From the NCBI GenBank assembly GCA_963713605.1, contig CAVQMO010000010.1, forward strand, positions 768,001-832,000: a DNA stretch of 64,000 bases, given 5' to 3'. Origin of the DNA: an uncultured Nitrososphaerales archaeon (GTDB lineage Archaea > Thermoproteota > Nitrososphaeria > Nitrososphaerales > Nitrososphaeraceae). Made by a program: the position numbers and the translations under genes. Shown here piece by piece: positions 1 to 10,737 of this stretch (position 1 is the first letter of the stretch; the number at the start of each line of letters is the position of its first letter). The notes under the pieces are model-generated. The model had not been told where the DNA came from. It searched no databases and worked only from the letters and a program-made list of their open reading frames with translations.

Positions 1-9
1 TTCTATAGG

Positions 10-699
10 CTACTCCAATCTGTTATAAAAATACTGGCAATCTAAGCAAGACATCTTTGGCGCAAAAGTGGCTATTCTTATCTTATCAACCAATATGTTT
101 GCTATTCTTATCAACCAATATGTTTGGGCCGTTCTTGCATTGAAATAGGCTGATGGTTCAGCAGAATACGAAACTACAATCCATTTATTATCTTTCACCG
201 TCCAAGCTTGAGTTTGCCTAATTTCTGATTGATTCCCAGCTACAGTGTATGTTATTTTATGAGCCGGAAGCCCTGAAACTTTTGTCGGAAGAGATTCCTG
301 TAGGGTGAAATTGTTTAAATTTCTTGAAAGAATTCGAATAGTGGAGTTAGTGAACTTATCAAGCGATTCGGGAGCCATGTTGTGAGGATCTGATACTATA
401 ATGTTTGCATTTTCTGAGTAACCAAATGATCCGTTAATCCCAGTATGATAAAAGTCCGCTAGGATATTGTTCCCCGAAATATTTCCAAGCTGTTCAAGTA
501 CATCCCAATTTGAAGGGTATTTAATTCGGACACCTGAACTCGTATCACCAAAAACTAAATAATTAATCTCGCTTGAATTTTCTTCAAAGTCAAAGAAAAC
601 TTGTCCGACAGCGACAAATCCTTCGTATAATTCCAATGTATTCAATACTACAAACAATAACCCGCAAAATAGGGCCGCACATACAATAATGAATTTCAA
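10..699 (-). CDS. PsbP-like/DcrB-like exported protein
   Basis: Hydrophobic N-terminus; 'GVRIKYPSNW', 'KVSGLPAHKITYT' and 'WTVKDNKWIVVSYSA' match the PsbP-like proteins expanded in Nitrososphaeraceae. The C-terminus is disturbed by a local tandem duplication. Confidence 0.7.
   Translation of the reverse strand: MKFIIVCAALFCGLLFVVLNTLELYEGFVAVGQVFFDFEENSSEINYLVFGDTSSGVRIKYPSNWDVLEQLGNISGNNILADFYHTGINGSFGYSENANIIVSDPHNMAPESLDKFTNSTIRILSRNLNNFTLQESLPTKVSGLPAHKITYTVAGNQSEIRQTQAWTVKDNKWIVVSYSAEPSAYFNARTAQTYWLIRIANILVDKIRIATFAPKMSCLDCQYFYNRLE
71..125. repeat. Imperfect tandem duplication (gctattctta[tctta]tcaaccaatatgttt x2)
   Basis: Copies at 71-100 and 101-125, read directly from the sequence. 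Confidence 0.85.
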
Positions 700-829
700 T
701 CTAATCAGTCCTCTACTGAGAATAAAGCTTCTGGATCCAATTTCAATATTCCTATTTCGCTGGTCAAAGCAACTATGTTATGATTTCACTTGAAATAAAT
801 ATAAAGAAACATAATAAAGATGAATGTAA

Positions 830-1568
830 TTGATCATAGCGTTCAGACAGATTGGCATCATAGCCTATATGACAGGAATATTGTGGCTAAGGAGAAACCC
901 ACTTTCGATGGTATTTTCAGCTTTGAGTCCATTCTCAATTTTGTTTGTCCTTTTTGTAGTAAGCAATGGCGAGTACACAGATCTTGCAATCGCTGGAAGT
1001 CTTGTCATGGCAACTGTCGGATATGGTTTGGCACTTGGGCAAGACATTTCATTCTACAAGACTGAATACAAAATTCAGGATGTCTTCGTTGCAGCTCCTG
1101 TGTCACCCCTCACATATATGACTGGACTCGCATTGTCAGAATTATTATTTGGCCTCCCTGCACTTATTGCGCTTACTACCTTAGCTATATTGTTCGGAGA
1201 CACTCTAGCTACACTACCACTGCTGATTTGTAGCATACTCTTGACTTGGGGTGCAATGTCTGCAATGGGCTTTTTCTTATCTTCTCACATGCTTCATATG
1301 CGAAATGCAACTCAGGTTATTTCTTTTGTTAACGTGATACTCGCTGTGATTCCTCCAGTCTACTATTCTATCGAACGGCTCCCTTTGAATCTCCAGTACC
1401 CTAGCTTACTCAGTTCCGACAACTCACGCCTCTTTGATGATACAGGATAGCATGGGACTTGCTACGCCGGAAACTTGGTCAATATATTTGGGACTTGCAG
1501 TTCAATTTGCATATTTGATATGCTTCTTAGCTTTAGCAAGGGCGCGTGCGGTTTGGAGGGATTTGTAG
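830..1568 (+). CDS. ABC-2 type transporter permease (frameshift near 1400)
   Basis: Multi-TM ORF 830-1450 with 'PPVYYSIERLP'; another frame continues 'AYSVPTTHASLMIQ...ARAVWRDL*' to a stop at 1568. Confidence 0.8.
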
Positions 1569-1656
1569 CTCTCACCTCAGTGTTCACGCCTGACATTTTT
1601 TTTGTTCCCGAGGTCTTGATTCCAATGACACGGATGCTAGTATATTCGTTATATCT

Positions 1657-1920
1657 TTATAGATCAAGATTGTTATCTAGGCATACCAGTTCTTTAAGAT
1701 CATTGTAGAGATTTAGAAATTCTGTACCTTTGACGGTCATAATAATTTCCAAAAAGTGTGGATCGAAGGAGATGAGGTCATAATGCTCTAATTCAATTAA
1801 ATACTTCGGAATTTGTGAAATGTGCTTATCAAGCATTTTTTCTATTTTTTGAATCTTCAATCTTCCAGTTCTGTCCGAAAAGGAGAGTATATCCGCGACT
1901 AAATCCAGACCGGTGTACAT
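1657..1920 (-). CDS. Small winged-helix DNA-binding protein (ArnR1-like wHTH)
   Basis: 87 aa with the pattern 'DLVADIL...KYLIELEHYDLI...MTVKGTEFLNLYNDLKEL' typical of archaeal wHTH regulators. Confidence 0.7.
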   Translation of the reverse strand: MYTGLDLVADILSFSDRTGRLKIQKIEKMLDKHISQIPKYLIELEHYDLISFDPHFLEIIMTVKGTEFLNLYNDLKELVCLDNNLDL

Positions 1921-2123
1921 CGATTACGATACTCAAAATCACACCGTAAATAAAAGGGTCACCCAGACAAATAGGAGAAAATTGTGACTCACATTTCCCT
2001 AACCAGCCTTTTCAGTTACATCGATCAGGCATACGATAAGGGAAGAATACAATTTTACTAGGAACAATTCAATATATCAGTTGAATAGTTCTGTCAACAA
2101 AAGGAGAAAATAGTAGTATTCGG

Positions 2124-2516
2124 TCAGTACCCTGACCTCTTTCGTTCTCGATTTACGTAATTCTTGTCCATATATACATCCAACACATCTTGTGGAGTCA
2201 TTTGTAGCTCCAGAGCAACTTGGATTACAAAATGTAGTATGTCAATCAATTCGGTTTGAGCAATTTTGACTTCAAAACCAGAAGGTCTTTTCCACCACTT
2301 CCAACTCGTGAGGTCTTGTAACTCGATGGCCTCGTGAATGATCGCTGTCATTAGCGCTGAAACCCTCTCTTCAGTCTTTTTTGGATACCTATCTGCCACC
2401 AAATATTCCACTAACTTCTTTTGTTCATCAAAGATTTTCTCTAACCTATCTTGATTATGATTCATTCCATTCTTAGTCTGGTACTTAACATATATGAGAA
2501 CTTCTGGCTCTAACAA
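2124..2516 (-). CDS. Dimeric dUTPase / all-alpha NTP pyrophosphatase
   Basis: 'HEAIELQD..WKWWK', 'ELIDILHF' and 'Y..KN.VN.ER..SGY' motifs; true start probably near 2465. Confidence 0.8.
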   Translation of the reverse strand: MLEPEVLIYVKYQTKNGMNHNQDRLEKIFDEQKKLVEYLVADRYPKKTEERVSALMTAIIHEAIELQDLTSWKWWKRPSGFEVKIAQTELIDILHFVIQVALELQMTPQDVLDVYMDKNYVNRERKRSGY

Positions 2517-2610
2517 AGCTGGAATTATAGGATACTATGAGACAACTGGTCTACAAGGGAACCTTTTTATTGTAGCCTGTGTGCTTTCACTTCCAAAGTG
2601 ATAAATTGAA

Positions 2611-2865
2611 TTGTCGTCCCCCGCGTCATCACAACAATCCAAAAGACCATTAACAATATTACAGCGTTCAGTGAATAGACGAGTGGCAGTACGATTGAAA
2701 AGTGAAATAGAATATCGAGGGAGGATGAGTAATGTAGATACATATATGAATTTGATATTAGTCGATGCTGAGGAATTCAATCGACAAGATCTGTTAGCAA
2801 ATTACGGAAAGGTAGTTATTCGAGGAAATAATGTTCTATTTATAAGACTGGAGAAAGATCTTTGA
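2611..2865 (+). CDS. Sm-like archaeal protein (Lsm/SmAP)
   Basis: Sm1 motif 'YRGRMSNVDTYMNLILVDAEE' and Sm2 motif 'VVIRGNNVLFI'. Confidence 0.95.
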   Translation: MSSPASSQQSKRPLTILQRSVNRRVAVRLKSEIEYRGRMSNVDTYMNLILVDAEEFNRQDLLANYGKVVIRGNNVLFIRLEKDL

Positions 2866-2901
2866 TGGTCTTCTTGTGAGAATTAAGGTATATGGTGACT
2901 A

Positions 2902-4062
2902 ATGGTAAGAAGGTATATATTCACTTCGGAAAGCGTAACAGAAGGTCACCCTGACAAGATATGCGATCAGGTTTCTGATTCTATCTTAGATGAGTTTCTT
3001 GCAAGTGACTCAGAGTCTAGAGTCGCAGTAGAGTCATTAACTTCCACCGGAATAGTTTTTGTCGCAGGAGAGGTTACATCAAGACGTAGGATCGATATAC
3101 AAAAGGTGGTAAGAACCGTGATACGTGAGATCGGATACGATCGACCCGAATACGGTTTTGATTCCGAATCTTGTTCTGTGATAGAATCTATACACGAACA
3201 AAGTCCTGATATTTCTTTGGGGGTCACTCCTAGTATGCATAGAGAACAGGGAGCAGGTGATCAAGGCTTAATGTTTGGATATGCAACTAATGAAACCGCG
3301 GAACTCATGCCGCTACCTATCATAATGGCTCACAAACTCTCAATGAAGCTGTCTACCCTCAGAAAGCAGAAAAAACTAGGTTGGATAAGACCTGATGGTA
3401 AATCCCAAGTTTCGGTCGTTTATGAGGGTACAAAGCCGGTAAGGATTGATACTGTCGTGATTTCAACCCAACATGCTCCAGACATAAGCCTGGGCCAATT
3501 GAGGGAGGAGATTGTAGGTAAAGTGATAAAGGAAATCTGTTCGGAGTGGATAACCCCAAATTCGAAATTTTTGGTCAACCCGACTGGAAGATTTGTTATT
3601 GGCGGTCCTCAGGCTGACACCGGTTTGACGGGAAGGAAGGTAATCGCAGACACTTACGGTGGTGCAGGAAGACATGGTGGAGGAGCATTTTCAGGCAAGG
3701 ATCCATCCAAAGTTGATAGATCGGCATGTTATATGGCTAGGTATATAGCTAAAAATATAGTAGCTGCTGGGCTGGCAGACAAATGTGAAGTGCAACTGGC
3801 ATATGCAATAGGATTGCCAGATCCCGTCTCTGTGATGGTGAATACGTTTGGGACGTCTGCAATCGACGATGAATTAATCGAGGAACGAGTAAAAAATTCA
3901 TTCGAAATGAAGCCCGCTGATATTATCAGGATTTTAGATTTGAAAAGGCCTATTTATAAAAAGACAGCTGCATACGGACATTTTGGGAGAAATGAACCTG
4001 AATTTACATGGGAAAGGACTGATAAGGTGTCAGATCTGGCCGGCGGAGCTATCGATAGATGA
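2902..4062 (+). CDS. metK: S-adenosylmethionine synthase (bacterial/eukaryotic type)
   Basis: '[13 protein letters not shown]', 'GAGDQG' and '[16 protein letters not shown]' signatures. Confidence 0.98.
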   Translation: MVRRYIFTSESVTEGHPDKICDQVSDSILDEFLASDSESRVAVESLTSTGIVFVAGEVTSRRRIDIQKVVRTVIREIGYDRPEYGFDSESCSVIESIHEQSPDISLGVTPSMHREQGAGDQGLMFGYATNETAELMPLPIIMAHKLSMKLSTLRKQKKLGWIRPDGKSQVSVVYEGTKPVRIDTVVISTQHAPDISLGQLREEIVGKVIKEICSEWITPNSKFLVNPTGRFVIGGPQADTGLTGRKVIADTYGGAGRHGGGAFSGKDPSKVDRSACYMARYIAKNIVAAGLADKCEVQLAYAIGLPDPVSVMVNTFGTSAIDDELIEERVKNSFEMKPADIIRILDLKRPIYKKTAAYGHFGRNEPEFTWERTDKVSDLAGGAIDR

Positions 4063-4189
4063 CTTGAATATTATAGCCCACGATGGAGAAAAAGCGTACC
4101 CCAATCCGCAACTCGATTCTTGGCTAGAGTTTAAATCGTTCAAAATGTTCGCATTTACAATATTTTTACTAGATTCTTGTGAAACATGA

Positions 4190-4963
4190 TTGGCCCTGGC
4201 TAACAAAGTCGCTCTAGTCACTGGTTCATCTAGTGGTATCGGGTTCGCAATATCTAAAGAATTTGCTGAAAATCAAGGAGCGACGGTGTTGATATGTTCT
4301 AGAAATATCAATGATGCTATCAGGGCCTCACAAGGGATCAAAGGAAATACTCAGGCTATCAAATTAGATGTTACTAACGAGAGAGATGTAAGATCAGTTG
4401 TAAAAGGAACGGTATTGGATCACGGGGGTATTGATATCCTGGTGAATAGTGCCGGGCATCGGTTCGAGAATGCGATCTGGTACAAGAAATATCATCAGAT
4501 GACCGATCAAGCCTTGGATGCTATTTTGGAAGTCGATCTTAAGGGTACAATACATATGACAAGGGCATTTCTTCCAAGCATGATAAGAAAAACTAATCGC
4601 TCTCGTGGCATTTCAGGCGTAATTATTAATATTGCCTCGACGCCTGCATTGTCAGGTCATACGGAAGGTGCCCCTTATACTATTGCCAAGGCAGCCGTTG
4701 TTGCTGTAACCAAGCACATTGCTCTAGAATATGGGAATAAGAATATTAGAGCATACACTCTTGCGCTAGGAAATATTGCAACGGATGCCACTTATTATTC
4801 TATGACTAAGCAAGGAAGGAAGAGAGCAATTATTGGACCGGCTATGAAGAGGTGGGGTTCAGCGGAAGAGGTCGCCAGAGTGGCCGCGTGCCTGGGAAGT
4901 GAAAGCTTTTCATATGCTACCGGCAATACTATAGTAGTCGACGGAGGCAAAGTAATTGTTTAA
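4190..4963 (+). CDS. Short-chain dehydrogenase/reductase
   Basis: 'TGSSSGIG' NAD(P)-binding motif, 'VNSAG', catalytic 'YTIAK', C-terminal 'VDGG'. Confidence 0.92.
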   Translation: MALANKVALVTGSSSGIGFAISKEFAENQGATVLICSRNINDAIRASQGIKGNTQAIKLDVTNERDVRSVVKGTVLDHGGIDILVNSAGHRFENAIWYKKYHQMTDQALDAILEVDLKGTIHMTRAFLPSMIRKTNRSRGISGVIINIASTPALSGHTEGAPYTIAKAAVVAVTKHIALEYGNKNIRAYTLALGNIATDATYYSMTKQGRKRAIIGPAMKRWGSAEEVARVAACLGSESFSYATGNTIVVDGGKVIV

Positions 4964-5074
4964 AAATCATATTTTTATTTGGAACAATGAAAAGAGATAT
5001 TTATAACTTGGTAGATAGCAAATGATTACGGGCATATTAAGGAAGATACGAACAACTTCCGTTTCGATGTAAAA

Positions 5075-6182
5075 TTGAAGGTCAATAGTTCTACACTTAG
5101 AAAAGGATATACTACTGGCACCTCAGCTGCGGCTGCCACTAAAGCGAGCACTGATTCAACTTCTATTGGAGGAGGAAGTAGATTGTGTGGAAGTTACGTT
5201 GCCAAGGGGAGGAAAGATTGTCATACGAATTGAGTGGACTCGAGCTGGTAGCGGATATGTGACCTGTGCTGTCACAAAGGATGGTGGAGACGACCCTGAT
5301 GCTACCCACGGCGCGCAGATCCTATCTACTGTTTCACTAAATAATGACGTCGGTACTATCAGAATAGAAGGAGGGAAAGGTGTCGGACGCGTAACAAAAC
5401 CTGGGTTAGGCCTTCCAATAGGTGCAGCTGCGATAAATCCTGTGCCATCCATGATGATCAAGGCAGCTGCTTTGGAGATTCTGGGGGAACTGATTGAAAC
5501 TAAAGGTATTACAGTAGAAATATCGGTACCTAGGGGGGAGACCATCGCGCAAAAAACTGATAATCCACGTTTAGGTATCCTGGGTGGAATATCGATACTG
5601 GGAACAACGGGAATTGTTATACCTTATTCTACGGCATCATTTGCGGCATCTATCCGACAAAGTCTAGATGTAGCATTGGCAATGGGTGTTGACACCGTTG
5701 CCTTGACAACAGGCGGCCGGAGTGAGGAGTTTGTTAAAAAATTTTTCAATGACGCTCTCCCAGAACATTCCCTTATACAGATGGGGGACTTTGTAGGGTA
5801 TGCAATAAAGCAATGTCAAATCAAGAAAGTGAAGAATGTCGCCATTGCTGGCTTTATTGGGAAGCTAACAAAGATGGCAATGGGAGTAAAACAGACTCAT
5901 GTCAAAGGTTCTCATGTCGACATGGAATTCATGGCAAACATTGCAAGAGATTGCGCCTGCTCCGCAGAGATATTATCCAAAATATTGAAAGCTAATACAG
6001 CGCGTCACGTTCAAGAGATAATAACGGAGCATGATATAACCGGATACTTTGACATGATCTGCAAACACGCTCATACATCATTGATCAAAAATGACCACCG
6101 TTCATTGAATCTCCAAATTGTAATGTTTGATTTCGATGGAAAGGTGTGTGGCCTTTACCCGAGAACAAAGCATAGCCAATAA
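5075..6182 (+). CDS. cbiD: Cobalt-precorrin-5B C1-methyltransferase (frameshift near 5150; start approximate)
   Basis: N-terminal 'LRKGYTTGTSAAAATKA' lies in another frame at 5096-5146; main ORF has 'KDGGDDPDATHG', 'GVGRVTKPGL' and 'NPRLGILGGISILGTTG'. Confidence 0.93.
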
Positions 6183-6284
6183 TAATATAAATTAAGGGGT
6201 GTGATGGTAAGATGTGGATCTTTCCTACATTTTGTCCGCGTAGATTTCAACGGCTCTCTTCCTTGGAATAAGAATAAAAGAGGG

Positions 6285-6291
6285 TTTAAGA
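6285..6291 (+). promoter_or_regulatory. Putative TATA box (TTTAAGA) for cbiG-cbiX-cbiC
   Basis: TTTAAGA preceded by a purine-rich stretch, about 24 nt upstream of an in-frame CTG at 6314. Confidence 0.4.
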
Positions 6292-6313
6292 ACCCAAGCC
6301 AGTAGGATCCAAT

Positions 6314-7396
6314 CTGTACCACCCGAGACCGCCCGCCATTAGTGTAGTAGCAATAACCAAGAATGGAATTAGAATAGCCAAGCGTATAAGAACCAATTGG
6401 CCAGAGGTCAAGATCTATGTTCCTCAAAAGTATTATGAATCATCAAATGATATTCATTGGTTCGAGGAGCCGACCTCTCAAATAATGGAAAAGCTATTCA
6501 AGACCAACAGTGCATTAATTTGCATTTTTTCTCTTGGAGCAGTGATCCGACTTATTGCTCCTCTTATAAGTAACAAGAAATATGATCCCGCAGTTGTAGT
6601 TATCGACGATAAGGCGAAATTTATCATTAGTGCATTATCTGGTCATCTAGGTGGAGCGAATTCTTTAGCAACAGAGCTATCGACCTTTTTCGAAGGAAGC
6701 ATGGCGGTTATAACTACCGCTGCCGACGTTAATCAGACTATAGCTGTGGACATTTTAGGGAGGAATCTAGGATGGACAATAGATGGCCTAGATACAGTTA
6801 CACAAGTAAGCGCCTGCATGGTCAATGAAATGCCTATGGGGCTTTACCAAGACTCTGGAGAGCGCAATTGGTGGCCAAGTAAGGGTCTTCCTCGGAACGT
6901 CAGACCATTGTCAGAACTTGATAATCTGAAATCTAAAGAGTTCGTTGCAGGCCTTATAATTACAGATAGGATTCTAAGAGATGAGGAAATTTCATCTAAA
7001 TCGGTAATCTACAGACCTAAGAGTCTTGTAGTAGGGATCGGGATGCATTGGAATACGAGCAAGGAAGCGATAGAATCGGCAATATTTGACGTATTCCAGG
7101 GCAATTGTCTAAGCATTAAGAGTATAAGAAATCTAGCTACAATTAAAAATAAAGCCCAGGCTAGTGGATTGAATGATTTTTCAAGAACATACCAAATTCC
7201 AATAGAATCCTTCAATGACGATCAGCTTTCTAGAATGCAGGTTCCTAATCCGTCTGAACTAGTGGGACGGTTTCAGGGCACTAAGAGTGTATCTGAAGCC
7301 GCTGCGCTATTGAGCTCTAAAGGGGTTCTGGTGGTCCCCAAGCTTAAATTTCCGCCTGACCTAACTCTTTCTGTTGCAAGGATGGAATATAAATAA
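6314..7396 (+). CDS. cbiG: Cobalt-precorrin-5A hydrolase
   Basis: 'DPAVVVIDD', 'LSGHLGGAN', 'ITTAAD' and 'SVSEAAAL'. The frame is open upstream of the ATG at 6485 and encodes the conserved N-terminus 'SVVAITKNGIRIAKRI'; the start codon is uncertain. Confidence 0.9.
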   Translation: MYHPRPPAISVVAITKNGIRIAKRIRTNWPEVKIYVPQKYYESSNDIHWFEEPTSQIMEKLFKTNSALICIFSLGAVIRLIAPLISNKKYDPAVVVIDDKAKFIISALSGHLGGANSLATELSTFFEGSMAVITTAADVNQTIAVDILGRNLGWTIDGLDTVTQVSACMVNEMPMGLYQDSGERNWWPSKGLPRNVRPLSELDNLKSKEFVAGLIITDRILRDEEISSKSVIYRPKSLVVGIGMHWNTSKEAIESAIFDVFQGNCLSIKSIRNLATIKNKAQASGLNDFSRTYQIPIESFNDDQLSRMQVPNPSELVGRFQGTKSVSEAAALLSSKGVLVVPKLKFPPDLTLSVARMEYK

Positions 7397-8167
7397 TTGG
7401 TTAAAGCGATGCTGATCGTAGATAGAGGCAGTAGAGAGCCCGAAGTCAAACAAGAGTTGGAGGTTATTTGTTCAACTATTAGCAGGACGTGTCCTGGCAA
7501 GTACGGTTATGCAACTTACTGCTTTTTGGAAGTGGTTCCCCCATATATCGAGGAGGGAATTTCAAAATGCATTGCCAACGGCGCCGACTTCATTACCATC
7601 ATTCCATATTTTCTATATCCAGGTATGAAACTGAAAGATTCTGTGAAGAAAGCCGCATCGATATCTAAGAAGAAAGATGTTCGAGTAGCTATAGCTAAGC
7701 CACTAAGCAAGAACGTAAGGATGGTCGAAGTCGTAATAAATAGAGTCCACGAGGCTAAGCGAGAGCACTCACTACTGCTGTCAGACTTAGAGTGCGACTT
7801 ATTACTAATTGGTCATGGTAGTAGTGATAGAAGGGCTAGAGAAGCATTCGACTACGTGGTAGATTTGCTTAGACCTCATTTTAGACGCGTCCGATTCTGT
7901 TTCCTTGAGCTCGACGAGCCTGATATCATGAAGGGCATCAGAAATTCCTTGGCCTCTTCACCCAAATGTCTTCTGGTAGTTCCATATTTTTTGCACAAAG
8001 GAGCTCACATTAAGTATGACATAATACGGGAAATCAATTCGTCGATTATGGAACAAAATCCAACTAATTTATACCTCACGGAGCATTTGGGAGCTGACTG
8101 TCAGTTAGCAAATATAGTTTTGGAAAGGGCAATGGAAGTTGAGCGAGGAATCTTCCCCCAGACCTAA
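7397..8167 (+). CDS. cbiX: Sirohydrochlorin cobaltochelatase, two-domain CbiX type
   Basis: Duplicated CbiX domains ('DRGSR...FLE...PYFLYPG' and 'GHGSSD...FLE...PYFLHKGAH...HLG'); sits within the cbi cluster. Confidence 0.88.
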   Translation: MVKAMLIVDRGSREPEVKQELEVICSTISRTCPGKYGYATYCFLEVVPPYIEEGISKCIANGADFITIIPYFLYPGMKLKDSVKKAASISKKKDVRVAIAKPLSKNVRMVEVVINRVHEAKREHSLLLSDLECDLLLIGHGSSDRRAREAFDYVVDLLRPHFRRVRFCFLELDEPDIMKGIRNSLASSPKCLLVVPYFLHKGAHIKYDIIREINSSIMEQNPTNLYLTEHLGADCQLANIVLERAMEVERGIFPQT

Positions 8168-8837
8168 TTACTACAACGCAGATCATGATCTGCGCAATAT
8201 GTCAACAAAAGCATTTGGGATTGAGAATAAGAGTTTCGCAATAATAGATAGTGAAGTGGGAGTACATACGTACAGTGAACTTGAATGGGCAATCGTGAGG
8301 AGGGTAATTCATGCTACGGCCGATTTTGATTTTGCAGGGAAAGAAAAAATTACCTTTCATGGAGCCGTATTCACATCAGCTTTTGCAGCGATTGAAAATG
8401 GCTGCCATCTTGTATCTGATGTAGATATGGTATTATCAGGCATAAACAAGCAACTGGCAAAGGAACTAGATCTGAAAACTCTGTGTAGGATTTCAGATGA
8501 TTCAGTCGCCAAGTACTCTCGTGATAATAATCTAACCCGGTCTCAGGTTGCAATGGATTTTTCAGCAGCTCAGATTCAAAACGGCATAGTTGTTATAGGT
8601 AATGCCCCTACAGCCCTTTTTCAAATAATATCCATGTTCAGAGAAAATAGAGTAAAGCCTGCTCTCATAATTGGAATTCCTGTAGGCTTTATTTCCGCGC
8701 TCGAATCGAAAAAAGAATTATTGCGCACTCCAGTTCCGTCGATTACCAATATCGGACGCAAAGGGGGTAGCGCGGCTGCTTGTTCAATAATCAATGCGTT
8801 AATGCTAATTTATAAGACCAGATCGCGTCAAGATTAG
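8139..8837 (+). CDS. cbiC: Cobalt-precorrin-8 methylmutase
   Basis: 'RRVIHATADFDF', 'IGNAPTAL', 'GIPVGF' and 'GRKGGS' motifs. Confidence 0.95.
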   Translation: MSEESSPRPNYYNADHDLRNMSTKAFGIENKSFAIIDSEVGVHTYSELEWAIVRRVIHATADFDFAGKEKITFHGAVFTSAFAAIENGCHLVSDVDMVLSGINKQLAKELDLKTLCRISDDSVAKYSRDNNLTRSQVAMDFSAAQIQNGIVVIGNAPTALFQIISMFRENRVKPALIIGIPVGFISALESKKELLRTPVPSITNIGRKGGSAAACSIINALMLIYKTRSRQD

Positions 8838-9005
8838 TCGAATATTCTGGCAAACTTGATTCTATCAACTGTCAGATGAAAGTTTTTCCTTGACAGGATT
8901 AAAGGTGTCGATCGTCTTGCTCCACGTCTGTATATCAAGTTCTAAACTATATAGTTAGCGAGTAAATCGTATCCATAATATACTTGATGAGACTTCCATA
9001 GATCG

Positions 9006-9458
9006 ATGTTAACGCTGGAATCTATCAAGAAGATAATGACCCACAAGTTAGAAGCGATTCATTTACATGAAACGGCACAGGAAGCTGCTAAGAAGATGAA
9101 GCATAAGGATATAGGCTCATTGTTAGTCGTTGATGAATCCGATGTACATATTGGCATAATAACCGAGAAAGACCTAGCCTCAAAAGTTTGCATGCAGAAC
9201 AAAAAGAGCACGGAGGTATTCGTAAATGACATAATGTCTTCCCCCCTTGTATACATTGATTATAAGGCAACCCTTGAAGAAGCGGCTAAGAGGATGGTTG
9301 ATAACAAGATACAGCATCTGTTGGTAAAAAATGCAAATACCTTGGTTGGCATTCTCACCACAAGTGATCTGAGCACTTACCTAAGGCAACATATTGATTT
9401 GGACGAAGTCAATGCTAGTATTCTAGAATCATTGATGGAACAAGAAAAGACAAGATGA
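9006..9458 (+). CDS. CBS-domain pair protein
   Basis: Two CBS repeats ('IGSLLVVD...GIITEKDL' and 'IQHLLV...VGILTTSDL'). Confidence 0.9.
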   Translation: MLTLESIKKIMTHKLEAIHLHETAQEAAKKMKHKDIGSLLVVDESDVHIGIITEKDLASKVCMQNKKSTEVFVNDIMSSPLVYIDYKATLEEAAKRMVDNKIQHLLVKNANTLVGILTTSDLSTYLRQHIDLDEVNASILESLMEQEKTR

Positions 9459-9569
9459 GTCTAAATGTTGGTCGGAAAACCTCTGTGTTCAAGCTTCAGT
9501 AATACAATCAGTACATCTACTCGGCCTATTGGGGGATAGAATTGCCATTGAAAAGGAGACATCTAGCGC

Positions 9570-10004
9570 TTGAAAGAAATAATCACAAGGATAGAAATTA
9601 GATCAAAGCCGGAAAAGGTTTGGAAGATATTAACTGATTTCCAACATTATAAATTATGGAACCCGTTCATAATTGGGATTACTGGGTCTCCTATTAGGGG
9701 TGAGAAGATCGAAATAGAATTAAGAACCGCAGCACAAAAAACACGCGTTTATCATCCAGTGATAACAAAGGTGGATCCACCTACAGAATTAAGATGGTAT
9801 GGAAAGGCGATTCTCCCACTAATATTAGATGGAGAACATATCTTTACAATCCAAGAGAACGAAGAACATGATACAATCTTTACTCAAAAAGAGATATTGA
9901 AGGGTTTAGGATCCTATTTTGGAAATGCCAGAATGTTTGATGATATACGGAAAAGCTTTCAAATGATGAATTCTAGCTTAAAATTAAGAGCAGAGAGTAA
10001 TTAA
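9570..10004 (+). CDS. SRPBCC/polyketide-cyclase-like ligand-binding protein
   Basis: 'IEIRSKPEKVWKILTDF..Y..WNPF', 'ELRWYG', 'DGEHIFTI' and 'MNSSLKLRAE'. Confidence 0.85.
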   Translation: MKEIITRIEIRSKPEKVWKILTDFQHYKLWNPFIIGITGSPIRGEKIEIELRTAAQKTRVYHPVITKVDPPTELRWYGKAILPLILDGEHIFTIQENEEHDTIFTQKEILKGLGSYFGNARMFDDIRKSFQMMNSSLKLRAESN

Positions 10005-10445
10005 TACTGACCTCGGCTGAGCATTCTCATATTATTACCAATACCTTTTAGCTAACGCCTTATAGATCAATTTCAATTCCTTAAGTTTGCTGTATTGAGC
10101 CCACAGTACAAGAACTGCCTTGAGTTATGCTCCATTCTGAGAGTGAACTAAAAAATGTTGACTTTCTCTTGACAACTCGCTCAGGCAGTCAAACCTTGAG
10201 GTGGTTAAGGAAGGCTTCAAGCTCACTTTCCGCATGTCAATCTTATTAATGTTTGAAATCAATAATTCCATAATGGCTTGAGCCTTCGTCTTCTACAGCT
10301 TTAGCGATAACATAATCGTAATATGATACAATTAGTGAAATGATGAGTATAGATATTCAAGTAAAGGTGAAGTTAAGATCACTATATCTTGCAATACAAG
10401 TTAATGAGTTAATACAGCTCAGGGATTTTTTCGCGCTCAGTCTAT

Positions 10446-10527
10446 TCTAGTGCAAACCGCCAAAATTCGTCCTGGAAGTCAAGATTTGGACGAAGTCTAG
10501 TGCAAAATTCGTCCTGGAAGTCAAGAT
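10446..10527. repeat. Intergenic direct repeat, 25-bp core caaaattcgtcctggaagtcaagat x2
   Basis: Core copies at 10461-10485 and 10503-10527; tctagtgcaaa at 10446-10456 and 10496-10506. Confidence 0.85.
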
Positions 10528-10737
10528 GTAATCTAGTTTTTTTCACTACAGGCTACAGCCTATCTCAGATTTTGGAAGATCAGATTCTCCTTATAGACGA
10601 AGTATCATTCATTATTCGAGATCGCTTCCCATGGTTATGCTTATCTTAAATGCACGTATCGATGAAGCCAAAAAAATAGAAGTTCATCAGTTCTGAGGAA
10701 AATCAAAATCTCTACAAATGGTTACATTAAATGGGGT

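Noticed and set aside
6183..6313. Cobalamin riboswitch between cbiD and cbiG
   Set aside because: No B12-box or conserved core motifs visible, and the gap is short.
10040..10315. Minus-strand reading frame with two internal stops
   Set aside because: No recognisable family; indistinguishable from a chance open frame.
10446..10527. Mini CRISPR array
   Set aside because: Only two copies, a 17-bp spacer (too short) and no cas genes or leader.
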